Shown here piece after piece: positions 1 to 13,509 of a stretch of 64,000 nucleotides of DNA; positions within the stretch are counted from its first letter, which is position 1; each line of letters opens with the position of its first letter. Under the pieces are notes generated by a model, which did not search any database, had not been told where the DNA came from, and saw only the letters and a program-made list of their open reading frames with translations. Both the position numbers and the translations under genes were made by a program. The DNA comes from the human T2T-CHM13v2.0 reference genome, Homo sapiens, in assembly GCF_009914755.1 (NCBI RefSeq), contig NC_060933.1; one strand, written 5' to 3'.

Positions 1-844
1 ATTCCATTCCGTTCCGTTCCGTTCCATTCCATTCCATTCCATTCCATTCCGTTCCGTTCCGTTCCGTTCCATTCCATTCCATTCTATTCGGGTTAATTCC
101 ATTCCATTCCATTCGATTGCAATCGAGTTGATTCCATTCCATTCCATTCCATTACATTCCGTTCCATTCCATTCCATTACATTCTATTCGGGTTAATTCC
201 ATTCCATTCCATTCCACTCCATTCCAGTCCTTTCCATTCCATTCCACTCGGGTTGATTCCATTCTATTCCTTTCCATTCCATTCCATTCCATTGCAATCG
301 AGTTGATTCCATTCGAGTTGAATCCATTCCATTCCATTCCATTCCATTCCATTTCACACGGGTTCATTGTAATCCATTCCATTCCATTCCATTCCATTCC
401 ATTCCATTCCATTCCATTCCATTTCGTTCCAATCCCTTCTATTCCGAACCATTCCATTCCATTCCATTCCATTCCATTCCATTCCATTCCATTCCGTGCC
501 ATTCCATTCTGGTTGATTCCATTCCTTTCTATTCCATTCGGGTTGAATTCATTCCATTCCATTCCATTGCATTCGAATCCATTCCATTGCACTCGGGTTG
601 ATTCCATTCCATTCCATTCCATTCCAATCCATTCCGTTCCATTCCATTTCATAACATTCAGATTGATTCTATTCAATTCCCTTACACTCCATTATATTGC
701 AATCCATTCTGGTTGTTTCCATTCCATTCCATTCCATTTCACTCCATTCCATTGCACTCGGGTTGATTCCATTGCATTCCATTCCATTCCATTCTGGATG
801 ATTCCTTTCCATTGCATTCCATTCCATTCCATTAGCCTGCACTC

Positions 845-2620
845 GGGTTGATTCCATTCCATTCCATTCCATTCCATTCCATTCCATTCCATTCCATTCC
901 ATTCGATTCCATTCCATTCCAATTCTTTCCATTCCATTCTATTCCGTACCATTCCATTCCATTCCATACAATTCCATTCCATTCCATTCCATTCCATTCC
1001 ATTCCATTCCGTTCCGTTCCGTTCAGTTCCGTTCCATACCATTCCATTCCATTCTATTCGGGTTAATTCCATTCCATTCCATTCCATTCCATTCCATTCT
1101 ATTCCATTCCATTGCAATCGAGTTGAATCCATTGCATTCCATTCCATTCCATTCCATTCCAGAAGATTCCATTCCATTGCATTCCATTCCATTCCATTCC
1201 CCTGCACTCGCGTTGATTCCATTCCATTCCATTCCGTTCCGTTCCATTCCGTTCCATTCCATTCCATTCCATTCCATTCCATTCCATTCCATTCCTTTCC
1301 GTTCCGTCCCATTCCATTCCATTGTATTCGGGTTAATTCCATTCTATTCCATTCGATTGCAATCGTGTTGATTCCATTGCATTCCATTCCATTACATTCC
1401 GTTCCATTCCATTCCATTACATTCTATTCCGGTTAATTCCATTCCATTCCATTCCACTCCATTCCAACCCTTTCCATTCCATTCCACTCGGGTTGATTCC
1501 ATTCTATTCCTTTCCATTCCATTCCATTCCATTGCAATCGAGTTGATTCCATTCGAGTTGAATCCCTTCCATTCCATTCCATTCCATTCCATTGCACACG
1601 GGTTCATTCCAATCCATTCCATTCCATTCCATTCCATTCCATTCCATTCCATTCCATTCCATTCCATTGTACTCGGGTTGATTCCATTCCATTGCATTCC
1701 ATTCCATTCCATTCCATTCCATTCCGTTCCATTCCATTCCATTACATTCGGATTGATTCTATTCAACTCCCTTACTCTCCATTACATTCCATTCCATTCG
1801 GGTTGTTGCATTCCATTCCATTCCATTCCACTCCATTCCATTGCACTCGGGTTGATTCCATTCCATTCCATTCCATTCCATTCGATTCCATTCCATTCCA
1901 ATTCTTTCCATTCCATTCTATTCCGTACCATTCCATTCCATTCCATACAATTCCAATCCATTCCATTCCATTCCATTCCATTCCATTCCTTTCCGTTCCG
2001 TTCAGTTCCGTTCCATACCATTTCATTCCATTGTATTCGGGTTAATTCCATTCCATTCCATTCCATTCCATTTCATTCTATTCCATTCCATTGCAATCGA
2101 GTTGAATCCATTGCATTCCATTCCATTCCATTCCATTCCATAAGATTCCATTCCATTGCATTCCATTCCATTCCATTCCCCTGCACTTGCTTTGATTCCA
2201 TTCCATTCCATTCCATTCCATTCCATTCCATTCCATTCCATTCCTTTCCATTCCATTCCATTCCGTTCCTTTCCGTTCCGTTCCATTCCATTCCATTCTA
2301 TTCGGGTTAATTCCATTCCATTCCATTCGATTGCAATCGAGTTGATTCCATTCCATTCCATTACATTACATTCCGTTCCATTCAATTCCGTTACATTCTA
2401 TTCGGGTTAATTCCATTCCATTCCATTCCACTCCATTCCAGTCCTTTCCATTCCATTCCACTCGGGTTGATTCCATTCTATTCCTTTCCATTCCATTCCA
2501 TTCCATTGCAATCGAGTTGATTCCATTCGAGTTGAATCCCTTCCATTCCATTCCATTCCATTCCATTGCACACGGGTTCATTCCAATCCATTCCATTCCA
2601 TTCCATTCCATTCCATTCCA
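845..2620 (+). repeat. ~0.98-kb direct duplication (about 845-1650 vs 1845-2620), nested in a ~2.2-kb duplication (about 90-845 vs 2300-3050)
   Basis: Shared rare variants: GTTCAGTTCCGTTCCATACC at 1021/2000 (offset 979), AATCCCTTCC at 1561/2535, ATTCCGTGCC at 491/2690 and ATTAGCCTGC at 831/3030 (offset 2199). Confidence 0.85.
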
Positions 2621-3105
2621 TTCCATTTCGTTCCAATCCCTTCTATTCGGAACCATTGCATTCCATTCCATTCCATTCCATTCCATTCCATTCCGTGCCA
2701 TTCCATTCTGGTTGATTACATTCCTTTCCATTCCATTCGGGTTGAATACATTCCATTACATTCCATTGCATTCGAATCCATTCCATTGCACTCAGGTTGA
2801 TTCCATTCCATTCCATTCCATTCCATTCCATTCCATTCCGTTCCATTCCATTTCATTACATTCAGATTGATTGTATTCAATTCCCTTACACTCCATTATA
2901 TTGCAATCCATTCTGGTTGTTTCCATTCCATTCCATTCCATTTCACTCCATTCCATTGCACTCGGGTTGATTCCATTCCATTCCATTCCAATCCGGATGA
3001 TTCCATTCCATTGCATTCCATTCCATTCCATTAGCCTGCACTCGGGTTGATTCCATTCCTTTCCATTCCATTCCATTCCATTCCATTCCATTCCATTGAA
3101 ATCGA

Positions 3106-3243
3106 GTTGATTCCATTCCATTCCATTCCATTCAATTCCATTCCATTCCAGTCCTTTCCATTCCTTTCACTCGGGTTGATACCATTCCATTCCATTCCAT
3201 TCAATTCCATTCCATTCCAGTCCTTTCCATTCCTTTCACTCGG
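3106..3243 (+). repeat. 69-bp tandem duplication
   Basis: TTCCTTTCACTCGGG (carrying a 1-bp deletion) at 3161 and 3230; the ORF track shows a 23-aa repeat here. Confidence 0.9.
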
Positions 3244-6200
3244 GTTGATTCCATTCCACTGCATTCCATTCCATTCCATTCCCCTGCACTCGGGTTGATT
3301 CCATTCCATTCCATTCCATTCCATTCCATTCCATTCCATTCCATTATCGTTCCATTCCATTCCATATCGTTCCATTCCATTCTATTCCGTACCATTCCAT
3401 TCCATTCAATTCCATTCCATTCCATTCCATGCCATTCCGCTCGGGTTGATTCCATTCCTTTCCACTCCATTCGAATTGAATCCATTCCATTCCATTCCAT
3501 TCCATTCCATTCCATTCCATTCCATTCCATTCCGGATGATTCCATTCCATTGCATTCCATTCCATTCCATTCCCCTGCACTCGGGTTGAATCCATTCCAT
3601 TCCATTCCATTCCATTCCGTTCCATTCCATTGCATTCCATTCTACTCGGGTTAATTCCATTCCATTCCATTCCACTCCATTCCAGTCCTTTCCATTCCAT
3701 TCCACTCGGGTTGATTCCATTCTATTCCTTTCCATTCCATTCCATTCCATTGCAATCGAGTTGATTCCATTGCTTTGCATTCCATTCCATTCCATTCCAT
3801 TCCGGATGATTCCATTACATTGCATTCCATTCCATTCCATTCTCCTGCACTCGGGTTGAATCCATTCCATTCCACTCCATTCCGTTCCATTCCATTCCAT
3901 TCCATTGTATTCGGGTTAATCCATTCCATTCCATTCCATTCAATTCCATACCATTCCATTCCATTACAATCGAGTTGATTCCATTCCATTCCATTCCACT
4001 CCATTCCATTCCATTCCAGTCCTTTCCATTCGGCATGATTCCATTCCATTGCATTCCATTCCATTCCATTCCCCTGCACTCGCGTTGATTCCATTCCATT
4101 CCAATCCATTCTATTCCGTTCCTTTCCATTCCATTCCATTCCATTCCATTCTATTCTGGTTAATTCCATTCCATTCCATTCGATTGCAATCGAGTTGATT
4201 CCATTCCATTCCATTCCATTCCATTCCATTCCATTCCATTCCGTTCCGTTCCGTTCCGTTCCATTCCATTCCATTCCATTCTATTCGGGTTAATTCCATT
4301 CCATTCCATTCGATTGCAATCGAGTTGATTCCATTCCATTCCATTCCATTCCATTCCATTCCATTCCATTCCTTTCCATTCCATTACGGATGATTCCATT
4401 CCATTGCATTCCATTCCATTCCATTCCCCTGTACTCGGGTTGATTCCATTCCATTCCATTCCAATCCATGCCATTCCACTCGTGTTGATTCCATTCTTCC
4501 ATTCCATTCAAGTTGAATCCATTCCATTGCTTTCCATTCCATTTGATTCCATTTGATTGCACTCGGGTTGATTCCATTCCATTGCATTCCATTCCATTCC
4601 ATTCCATTCCATTCCATTCCATTCCATTCCATTACAATCGAGTTGATTCCATTCCATTCCATTCCATTCCAGTCCAGTCCTTTCCGTTCCATTCCACTCG
4701 GGTTGATTCCATTCTATTATTTTCTTTTCCATTGCATTCCCTTCCATTCCACTCTGGTTGATTCCATTCCTTTCGATTCCACTCGAATACATTCCCTTCT
4801 ATTCCACTCGGAACGATTCCATTCCATTCCATTCCATTCCATTCCTTTCCATTCCATTCGGTTTGAAGCAATTCCATTCCATACCATTCCATTCCATTCC
4901 ATTCCATTCCATTGCATTCCATTCGATTCCATTCCATTCCATTCCATTACATTACATTCGGATTGATTCTATTCAACTCCCTTACTCTCCATTACATTCC
5001 ATTCCATTCGGGTTGTTTCCATTCCATATCATTCCATTCCACTCCATTCCATTGCACTCGGGTTGATTCCATTCCATTGCATTCCATTCCATTCCATTCC
5101 GGATGATTCCATTCCATTGCATTCCATTCCATTCCATTCCCCTGCACTCGGGTTGATTCCTTTCCATTCCATTCCATTCCGTTCCATTGCGTTCCATTCC
5201 GTTGCATTCCATTCTATTCGGGTTAATTCCATTCCATTCTATTCCATTCCATTCCATTCCATTCCATTGCAATCGAGTTGAATCCATTCCATTCCATTCC
5301 ATTCCGGATGATTCCATTCCATTGCATTCCGTTCCATTCCATTCCATTCCATTCCATTCCATTCTATTCGTGTTAATTCCATTCTTTCCATTCCATTCCA
5401 TTCCATTCCATTCCATTCCATTCCATTGCAATCGAGTTGATTCCATTCCATTCAATTCCATTCAATTCCATTGCATTCCAGTCCTTTCCATTCCTTTCCA
5501 CTCGGGTTCATTCCATTCTATTCCTTTACATTCCATTCCATTCCCTTCCATTCCATTTCATTCCATTCCTTTCCATTCCTTTCCATTTCATTCCATTCCT
5601 TTCCATTTCATTCCATTCCATTCCATTCCATTCCATTTCATTGCATTCCATTCCATTCCATTCCATTCCATTTCATTCCATTCCCTTCCATTCCATTCCG
5701 TTCCATTTCGTTCCATTCCATTCTATTCCGTACCATTCCATTCCATTCCATTCCATTCCATTCCATGCCATTCCACTCGGGTTGATTTCATTCCTTTCCA
5801 TTCCATTCGGGTTGAATCCATTCCATTGCATTCCATTCCATTCCATTCCATTCAATAGCACTCTGGTTGATTCCATTCCATTCAATTCCATTCCATTTCT
5901 TGCCATTCCATTCCATTCCGTTCGATTCCATTCCATTACATTCGGATTGATTCTTTTCAATTCCCTTACACTCCATTACATTCCATTCCATTCGGGTTGT
6001 TCCATTCCATTCCATTCCATTCCACTCCATTCCATTGCACTCGGGTTTATTCCATTCCATTCCATTCCATTCCATTCCATTCCATTCCGGAAGATTCCAT
6101 TCCATTGCATTCCATTCCATTCCATTCCCCTGCACTCGGATTGATTCCATTCCATTGCATTCCATTCCATTCCATTCCATTCCATTCTGCATGATTCCAT

Positions 6201-6263
6201 TCCATTGCCTTCCATTCCATTCCATTCCCCTGCACTCGGGTTGATTCCATTCCATTCCACTCC

Positions 6264-6353
6264 ATTCCATTCCATTCCATTCTATTCTCTTCCATTGCAA
6301 TCGAGTTGATTCCATTCCATTCCATTCTATTCTCTTCCATTGCAATCGAGTTG
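6264..6353 (+). repeat. 45-bp tandem duplication
   Basis: TCTATTCTCTTCCATTGCAATCGAGTTGAT at 6281 and 6326. Confidence 0.9.
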
Positions 6354-7680
6354 ATTCCATTCCATTCCATTCCATTCCATTCCTTTCCATTCCATTCCAC
6401 TCGGGTTGATTGCATTCTATTAGTTTCCTTTCCATTCCATTCCATTCCATTCCATTAAACTCTGATTGCTTCCAATCCTTTCCATTCCACTCGAATACAT
6501 TCCTTTCTATGCCACTCGGAATGATTCCATTCCATTCCATTCCATTCCATTCCATTCCATTTCGTTCCATTCCATTCTATTCCGTACCATTCCATTCCAT
6601 TCCACTCCATTCCATTCCATTCCACTCCATTCCATTCCATTCCATTCCATTCCACTCCATTCCATGCGATTTCACTCTGTTTGATTCCATTCCTTTCCAT
6701 TCCATTCGGGTTCAATCCATTCCATTCCATTCCATTCCATTCCATTCCATTCCATTCCATTCCGTTGCATTGCACTCGGGTTGATTCGATTTGATTCCAT
6801 TCCATTCCATTCCATTCCATTCTATTCCATTCCATTCCATTCCTTTGCATTCCATTCCACTTTGGTGGATTCCATTCGATTCCTTTCCATTCCACTCCAT
6901 TCCCCTGCATTCCACTCGGGTTGTTTTCATTCCTTTCCTTCCACTCCATTACATTCCCTTCCATTCCACTCGGAATGATTGATTCCATTCCATTCCAATC
7001 CATTTCATTCCATTGCGTTCCATTCCGATCCATTCCATTCCATTCCATTCCATTCCATTGCATTCCATTCCATTCCATTCCGTTCCATTCCAGATGATTC
7101 CATTCCATTGCATTCCATTCCATTCCATTCCCCTGCACTCGGGTTGATTCCGTTCCATTCCATTCCATTCCATTCCATTCCATTCCATTCCATTCCGTTC
7201 CATTGCATTCCGTTCCATTCCATTCCTTTCTATCTGAGTTAATTCCATTCCATTCTATTCCATTGCAATCCAGTTGATTCCATTCCATTCCATTCCATTC
7301 CTTTCCATTCCATTCCTTTCCATTCCATTCCAGTCCTTTCCATTCCATTCCACTCGGGTTGATTCCATTCTATTCCTTTCCATTCCATTCCATTCCCTTC
7401 CATTCCAATCTGGTTGATTCCATTCCTTTCCATTCCACTCGAGTACATCCCTTTCTATTCCACTCGGAATGATTCCATTCCATTCCATTCCATTCCATTC
7501 CATATCGTTCTATTCCAGTCTATTCCGTACCATTCCATTCCATTCCATTCCATTCCATTCCATGACATTCCGCTCGGGTTGATTCCATTCCTTTCCATTC
7601 CATTAGAGTTGAATCCATTCCATTCCATTCCTTTCCATTCCATTCCATTCCATTCGATTCCATTCCATTGCAAACGGCTT

Positions 7681-7920
7681 CATTCCATTCCATTCCATTC
7701 CATTTCATTCCATTCCATTCCATTCCATTTCATTCTATTCCATTCCATTCCATTCCATATCATTCCATTCCATTCCATTCCATTCCATTTCATTCCATTC
7801 CATTCCATTCCATTCCATTTCATTCCATTCCATTCCATTCCATTTCATTCCATTCCATTCCATTCCATTCCATTTCATTCCATTCCATTCCATTCCATTC
7901 CATTCCATTTCATTCCATTC
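7681..7920 (+). repeat. Spacer-free pentamer tract with ~30-bp [CATTT(CATTC)5] sub-period
   Basis: CATTT variants at about 7701, 7726, 7786, 7816, 7841, 7871 and 7906; no G in the tract. Confidence 0.8.
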
Positions 7921-10140
7921 CAATCCCTTCCATTCCATTCCGTTCCATTTCGTTCCATTCCATTCTATTCCGTACCATTCCATTCCATTCCATTCCATTC
8001 CATTCCATTCCATTCCATTCCATGCCATTCCACTCGGGTTGATTTCATTCCTTTCCATTCCATTCGGGTTGAATCCATTCCATTCCATTCCATTCCATTC
8101 CATTCCATTCCATAGCACTCTGGTTGATTCCATTCCATTCAATTCCATTCCATTTCTTGCCATTCCATTCCATTCCGTTCCATTCCATTCCATTACATTC
8201 GGATTGATTCTTTTCAATTCCCTTACACTCCATTACACTCCATTCCATTCGGGTAGTTTCCATTCCATTCCATTCCACTCCACTCCATTCCATTGCACTC
8301 GGTTTGACTGATTCGATTCCATTGCATTCCATTCCATTCCATTCCGCATGATTCCATTCCATTGCATTCCATTCCATTCCATTCCCCTGCACTCGGATTG
8401 ATTCCATTCCATTGCATTCCATTCCATTCCATTCCATTCCATTCTGCATGATTCCATTCCATTGCATTCCATTCCATTCCATTCCCCTGCACTCGGGTTG
8501 ATTCCATTCCATTCCATTCCATTCCATTCTGTTCCATTCCATTCCATTCCATTCTTTTCAGGGTAATTCCATTCCATTCCATTCCATTCCATTCCATTCC
8601 ATTCCATTCCGTTCCATTCCATTCCATTGCAATCGAGTTGATTCCATTGCATTCCATTCCATTCTATTCCATTCCACTGCATTCCATTGCACTCGGGTTG
8701 ATTCAATTGCATTCCATTCCTTTCCATTCCATTCCATTCCGGATGATTCCTTTCCATTGCATTCCATTCCATTCCATTCCTCTGCACTCAGGTTGATTCC
8801 ATTCCATTCCATTAAATTCCATTCCATTCCATTCCATTCCTTTCCATTCCTTTCCATTCCAATGCAAAAGAGTTGACTCCATTCCATTCCATTCCATTCC
8901 ATTTCGTTCCATTCCATTTCATTACATTCAGATTGATTCTGTTCAATTCCCTTACACTCCATTATATTCCATTCCATTCCGGTTGTTTGCATTCCATTCC
9001 ATTCCATTCCACTCCATTCCATTGCACTCGGGTTGATTCCATTCCATTCCATTCCATTCCATTCCATTCCATTCCGGATGATTCCATTCCATTGCATTCC
9101 ATTCCATTCCATTCCTCTGCACTCGGGTGGATTCCATTCCATTCTATTCCATTCTGTTCCGTTTCATTCCATTCCATTCCATTCCATTCCATTCCATTCC
9201 ATTCCATTCCATCCCATTCCATTCCATTCAGGTTAATTCCATTCCATTCTATTCCATTCCATTCCATTGCATTCCATTGCAATCGAGTTGATTCCATTCC
9301 ATTCCATTCCATTGAATTCCATTCCTTTCAATTCCGGTTGATTCCATTCCATTGCATTAAATTCCATTCCATCCCCCTGCACTCGGGTTGATTCCATTCC
9401 ATTCCATTCCATTCCATTCCATTGCAGACGGGTTCATTCTAATCCATTCCATTCCATTCCATTCCATTCCATTTCGTTCCAATCCCTTCTATTCCAAACC
9501 GTTCCATTCCATTGCATTCCATTCCAGATGATTCCATTCCATTGCATTCCATTCCATTCCATTCCCCTGCACTCGGGTTGATTCCGTTCCATTCCATTCC
9601 ATTCCATTCCATTCCATTCCATTCCATTCCATTCCGTTCCATTCCATTCCGTTCCATTCCATTTCTTTCTATTTGAGTTAATTCCATTCCATTCTATTCC
9701 ATTGCAATCCAGTTGATTCCATTCCATTCCATTCCATTCCTTTCCATTCCATCCCATTCCATTCCTGTCCTTTCCATTCCATTCCATTCCATTCCTTTCC
9801 ATTCCATTCCACTCGGGTTGATTCCATTCTATTCCTTTCCATTCCATTCCATTCCCTTCCATTCCAATCTGGTTGATTCCATTCCTTTCCATTCCACTCG
9901 AGTACATCCCTTTCTATTCCACTCGGAATGATTCCATTCCATTCCATTCCATTCTATTCCATATCGTTCTATTCCATTCTATTCCGTACCATTCCATTCC
10001 ATTCCATTCCATTCCATTCCATGACATTCCGCTCGGGTTGATTCCATTCCTTTCCATTCCATTAGAGTTGAATCCATTCCATTCCATTCCATTCCATTCC
10101 ATTCCATTCCATTCCATTCCATTCCATTGCAAACGGCTTC

Positions 10141-10465
10141 ATTCCATTCCATTCCATTCCATTTCATTCCATTCCATTCCATTCCATTCCATTTCATTCC
10201 ATTCCATTCCATTCCATTCCATTCCATTTCATTCCATTCCATTCCATTCCATTCCATTTCATTCCATTCCATTCCATTCCATTCCATTTCATTCCATTCC
10301 ATTCCATTCCATTCCATTTCATTCCATTCCATTCCATTCCATTCCATTCCATTTCATTCCATTCCATTCCATTCCATTCCATTTCATTCCATTCCATTCT
10401 ATTCCATTCCATTTCATTCCATTCCATTCCATTCCATTCCATTCCATTCCATTTCATTCCATTCC
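10141..10465 (+). repeat. Longer paralogous spacer-free tract with 30/35-bp [CATTT(CATTC)5-6] sub-period
   Basis: ATTTC at 10161, 10191, 10226, 10256, 10286, 10316, 10351, 10381, 10411 and 10451. Confidence 0.85.
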
Positions 10466-13400
10466 AATCCCTTCCATTCCATTCCGTTCCATTTCGTTCC
10501 ATTCCATTCTATTCCGTACCATTCCATTCCATTCCATTCCATTCCATTCCATTCCATTCCATGCCATTCTACTCGGGTTGATTTCATTCCTTTCCATTCC
10601 ATTCGGGTTGAATCCATTCCATTCCATTCCATTCCATTCCATTCCATTCCATTCCATAGCAGTCTGGTTGATTCCATTCCATTCAATTCCATTCCATTTC
10701 TTGCCATTCCATTCCAATCCGTTCCATTCCATTCCATTACATTTGGATTGATTCTTTTCAATTCCCTTACACTCCATTACATTCCATTCCATTCGGGTAG
10801 TTTCCATTCCATTCCATTCCATTCCACTCCATTCCATTGCACTCGGTTTGACTGATTCCATTCCATTGCATTCCATTCCATTCCATTCCACATGATTCCA
10901 TTCCATTGCATTCCATTCCATTCCATTCCCCTGCACTCGGATTGATTCCATTCCATTGCATTCCATTCCATTCCATTCCATTCCATTCTGCATGATTCCA
11001 TTCCATTGCATTCCATTCCATTCCATTCCCCTGCACTCGGGTTGATTCCATTCCATTCCATTCCATTCCATTCTGTTCCATTCCATTCCATTCCATTCTA
11101 TTCAGGGTAATTCCATTCCATTCCATTCCATTCCATTCCATTCCATTCCATTCCGTTCCATTCCATTCCATTGCAATCGAGTTGATTCCATTGCATTCCT
11201 TTCCATTCTATTCCATTCCACTGCATTCCATTGCACTCGGGTTGATTCAATTGTATTCCATTCCTTTCCATTCCATTCCATTCCGGATGATTCCTTTCCA
11301 TTGCATTCCATTCCATTCCATTCCTCTGCACTCAGGTTGATTCCATTCCATTCCATTAAATTCCATTCCATTCCATTCCATTCCTTTCCATTCCTTTCCA
11401 TTCCAATGCAAAAGAGTTGACTCCATTCCTTTCCATTCCATTCCGGATGATTCCATTCCATTGCATTCCATTCCATTCCATTCCCCTGCACTCGGGTGGA
11501 TTCCATTCCATTCTATTCCATTCCTTTCCGTTCCATTCCATTCCATTCCATTCCATTCCATTCCATTCAGGTTAATTCCATTCCATTCTATTCCATTCCA
11601 TTCCATTGCATTCCATTGCAATCAAGTTGATTCCATTCCTTTCCATTCCGGTTGATTCCATTCCATTCCATTAAATTCCATTCCATCCCCCTGCACTCAG
11701 TTTATTCCATTCCATTCCATACCATTCCATTCCGTTCCATTCCATTCCATTCTATTCTATTCGGGTTAATTCCATTCCATTCCATTCCATTCCATTGCAT
11801 TCCATTCCATTCCATTGCATTCCATTCCATTCCATTCCATTCCATTCCTTTCCATTCCATTATGGATGATTCCATTCCATTGCATTCCATTCCATTACAT
11901 TCCCGTGTACTCGGGTTGATTCCATTCCATTCCATTCCAATCTATTCCTGTTAATTCAATTCCATTCTATTCCATTCCATTCCATTCCATTCCATTCCAT
12001 TGCAATGGAGTTGATTCCATTCCATTCCATTCCATTCCATCCCATTCCATTTCTTTCCAATCCATTCCGTTCTGTACCATTCCATTCCATTCCTTTCCAT
12101 TCCATTCCATGCCATTCCACTCGGGTTGATTCCATTCCTTTCCATTCCATTGGGGTTGAATCCATTCCATTCGTTTCCATTCCATTCGATTCCATTCCAT
12201 TACACTCGGGTTGATTCCATTCCATTCCATTCCATTCCATTCCATTCCTTTCTATTCCATTCCATTATATTCGGATTTATTCCATTCAATTCCCTTACAC
12301 TCCATTATATTCCATTCCATTCGGGTTGTTTACATTCCATTCCTTTCCATTCCACTCCATTCCATTGCACTCGGGTTGATTCCATTCCATTCCATTCCAT
12401 TCCGGATGATTCCATTCCATTGCATTCCGTTCCATTACATTCCCCTGCACTCGGGTTGATTCCATTCCATTCCATTCGATTCCATTCCATTCCAATTCGT
12501 TCCATTCCATTCTTTTCCGTACCATTCCATTCCATTCCATACCATTCCATTCCATTCCATTGCATTCCATTCCATTCCATTCCATTCCGTTCCATTCCGT
12601 TCCATTGCATTCCATTCCATTCTATTCGGGTTAATTCCATTCCATTCCATTCCATTCCATTCTATTCCATTCCATTGCAATCGAGTTGAATCCATTTCAT
12701 TCCATTCCATTCCATTCTATTCCATTCCATTCCGGAAGATTCCATTCCATTGCATTCCATTCCATTCCATTCCCTTGCACTTGGGTTGATTCCATTCCAT
12801 TCCATTCCATTCCATTCCATTCCGTTCCGTTCCATTCCATTCCATTCCATTCAGTTCCGTTCCATTCCATTCCATTCCATTCTATTCGTGTTAATTCCAT
12901 TCCATTCCATTCGATTGCAATCGAGTTGATTCCATTCCATTCCATTCCATTCCTTTCCGTTCCATTACGGATGATTCCATTGCATTGCATTCCTTTCCAT
13001 TCCATTCCCCTGTACTCGGGTTGATTCCATTCCATTGCATTCCAATCCATGCCATTCCACTCGTGTTGATTCCATTCTTTCCATTCCATTCAAGTTGAAT
13101 CCATTCCATTGCATTCCATTCCATTCGATTCCATTCAATTGCACTCGGGTTGATTCCATTCCATTGCATTGCATTCCATTCCATTCCATTCCATTCCATT
13201 CCGTTCCATTCCATTCCATTAATTCGGATTGATTCTGTTCAATTCCCTTACACTCCATTACATTCCATTCCATTCGGGTAGTTTCCATTCCATTCCATTC
13301 CATTCCTCTCCATTCCATTGCACTCGGGTTGATTCCATTCCATTCCATTCCATTCCATTCCATTCCGTTCCGTTCCATTCCTTTCCATTCCATTCCATTC

Positions 13401-13509
13401 CATTCTATTCGGGTTAATTCCATTCCATTCCATTCCATTCCATTCCATTCCATTCCATTCCAATCGAGTTGATTCCATTCCATTCCATTCGATTCCATTC
13501 CATTCCATT

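Larger units (their letters stand above)
7085..11700 (+). repeat. ~2.4-kb tandem duplication (about 7085-9520 and 9521-11700), with an older partial third copy at about 5540-6240
   Basis: Shared markers: GAGTACATCCC 7441/9900, CAAACGGCTTC 7671/10130, CATTTCTTGCC 5894/8151/10695, AATGCAAAAGAGTTGACTCC 8861/11405. Copy 2 lacks 175 bp present in copy 1 after the last marker. Confidence 0.9.

Noticed and set aside
1741-1800. GGATTGATTCTATTCAA module as a DUX4 site or a structured ncRNA/terminator
   Set aside because: It does not fit the DUX4 consensus (TAAYYYAATCA), shows no convincing stem-loop or U-tract, and is explained as degenerate pentamers in register.
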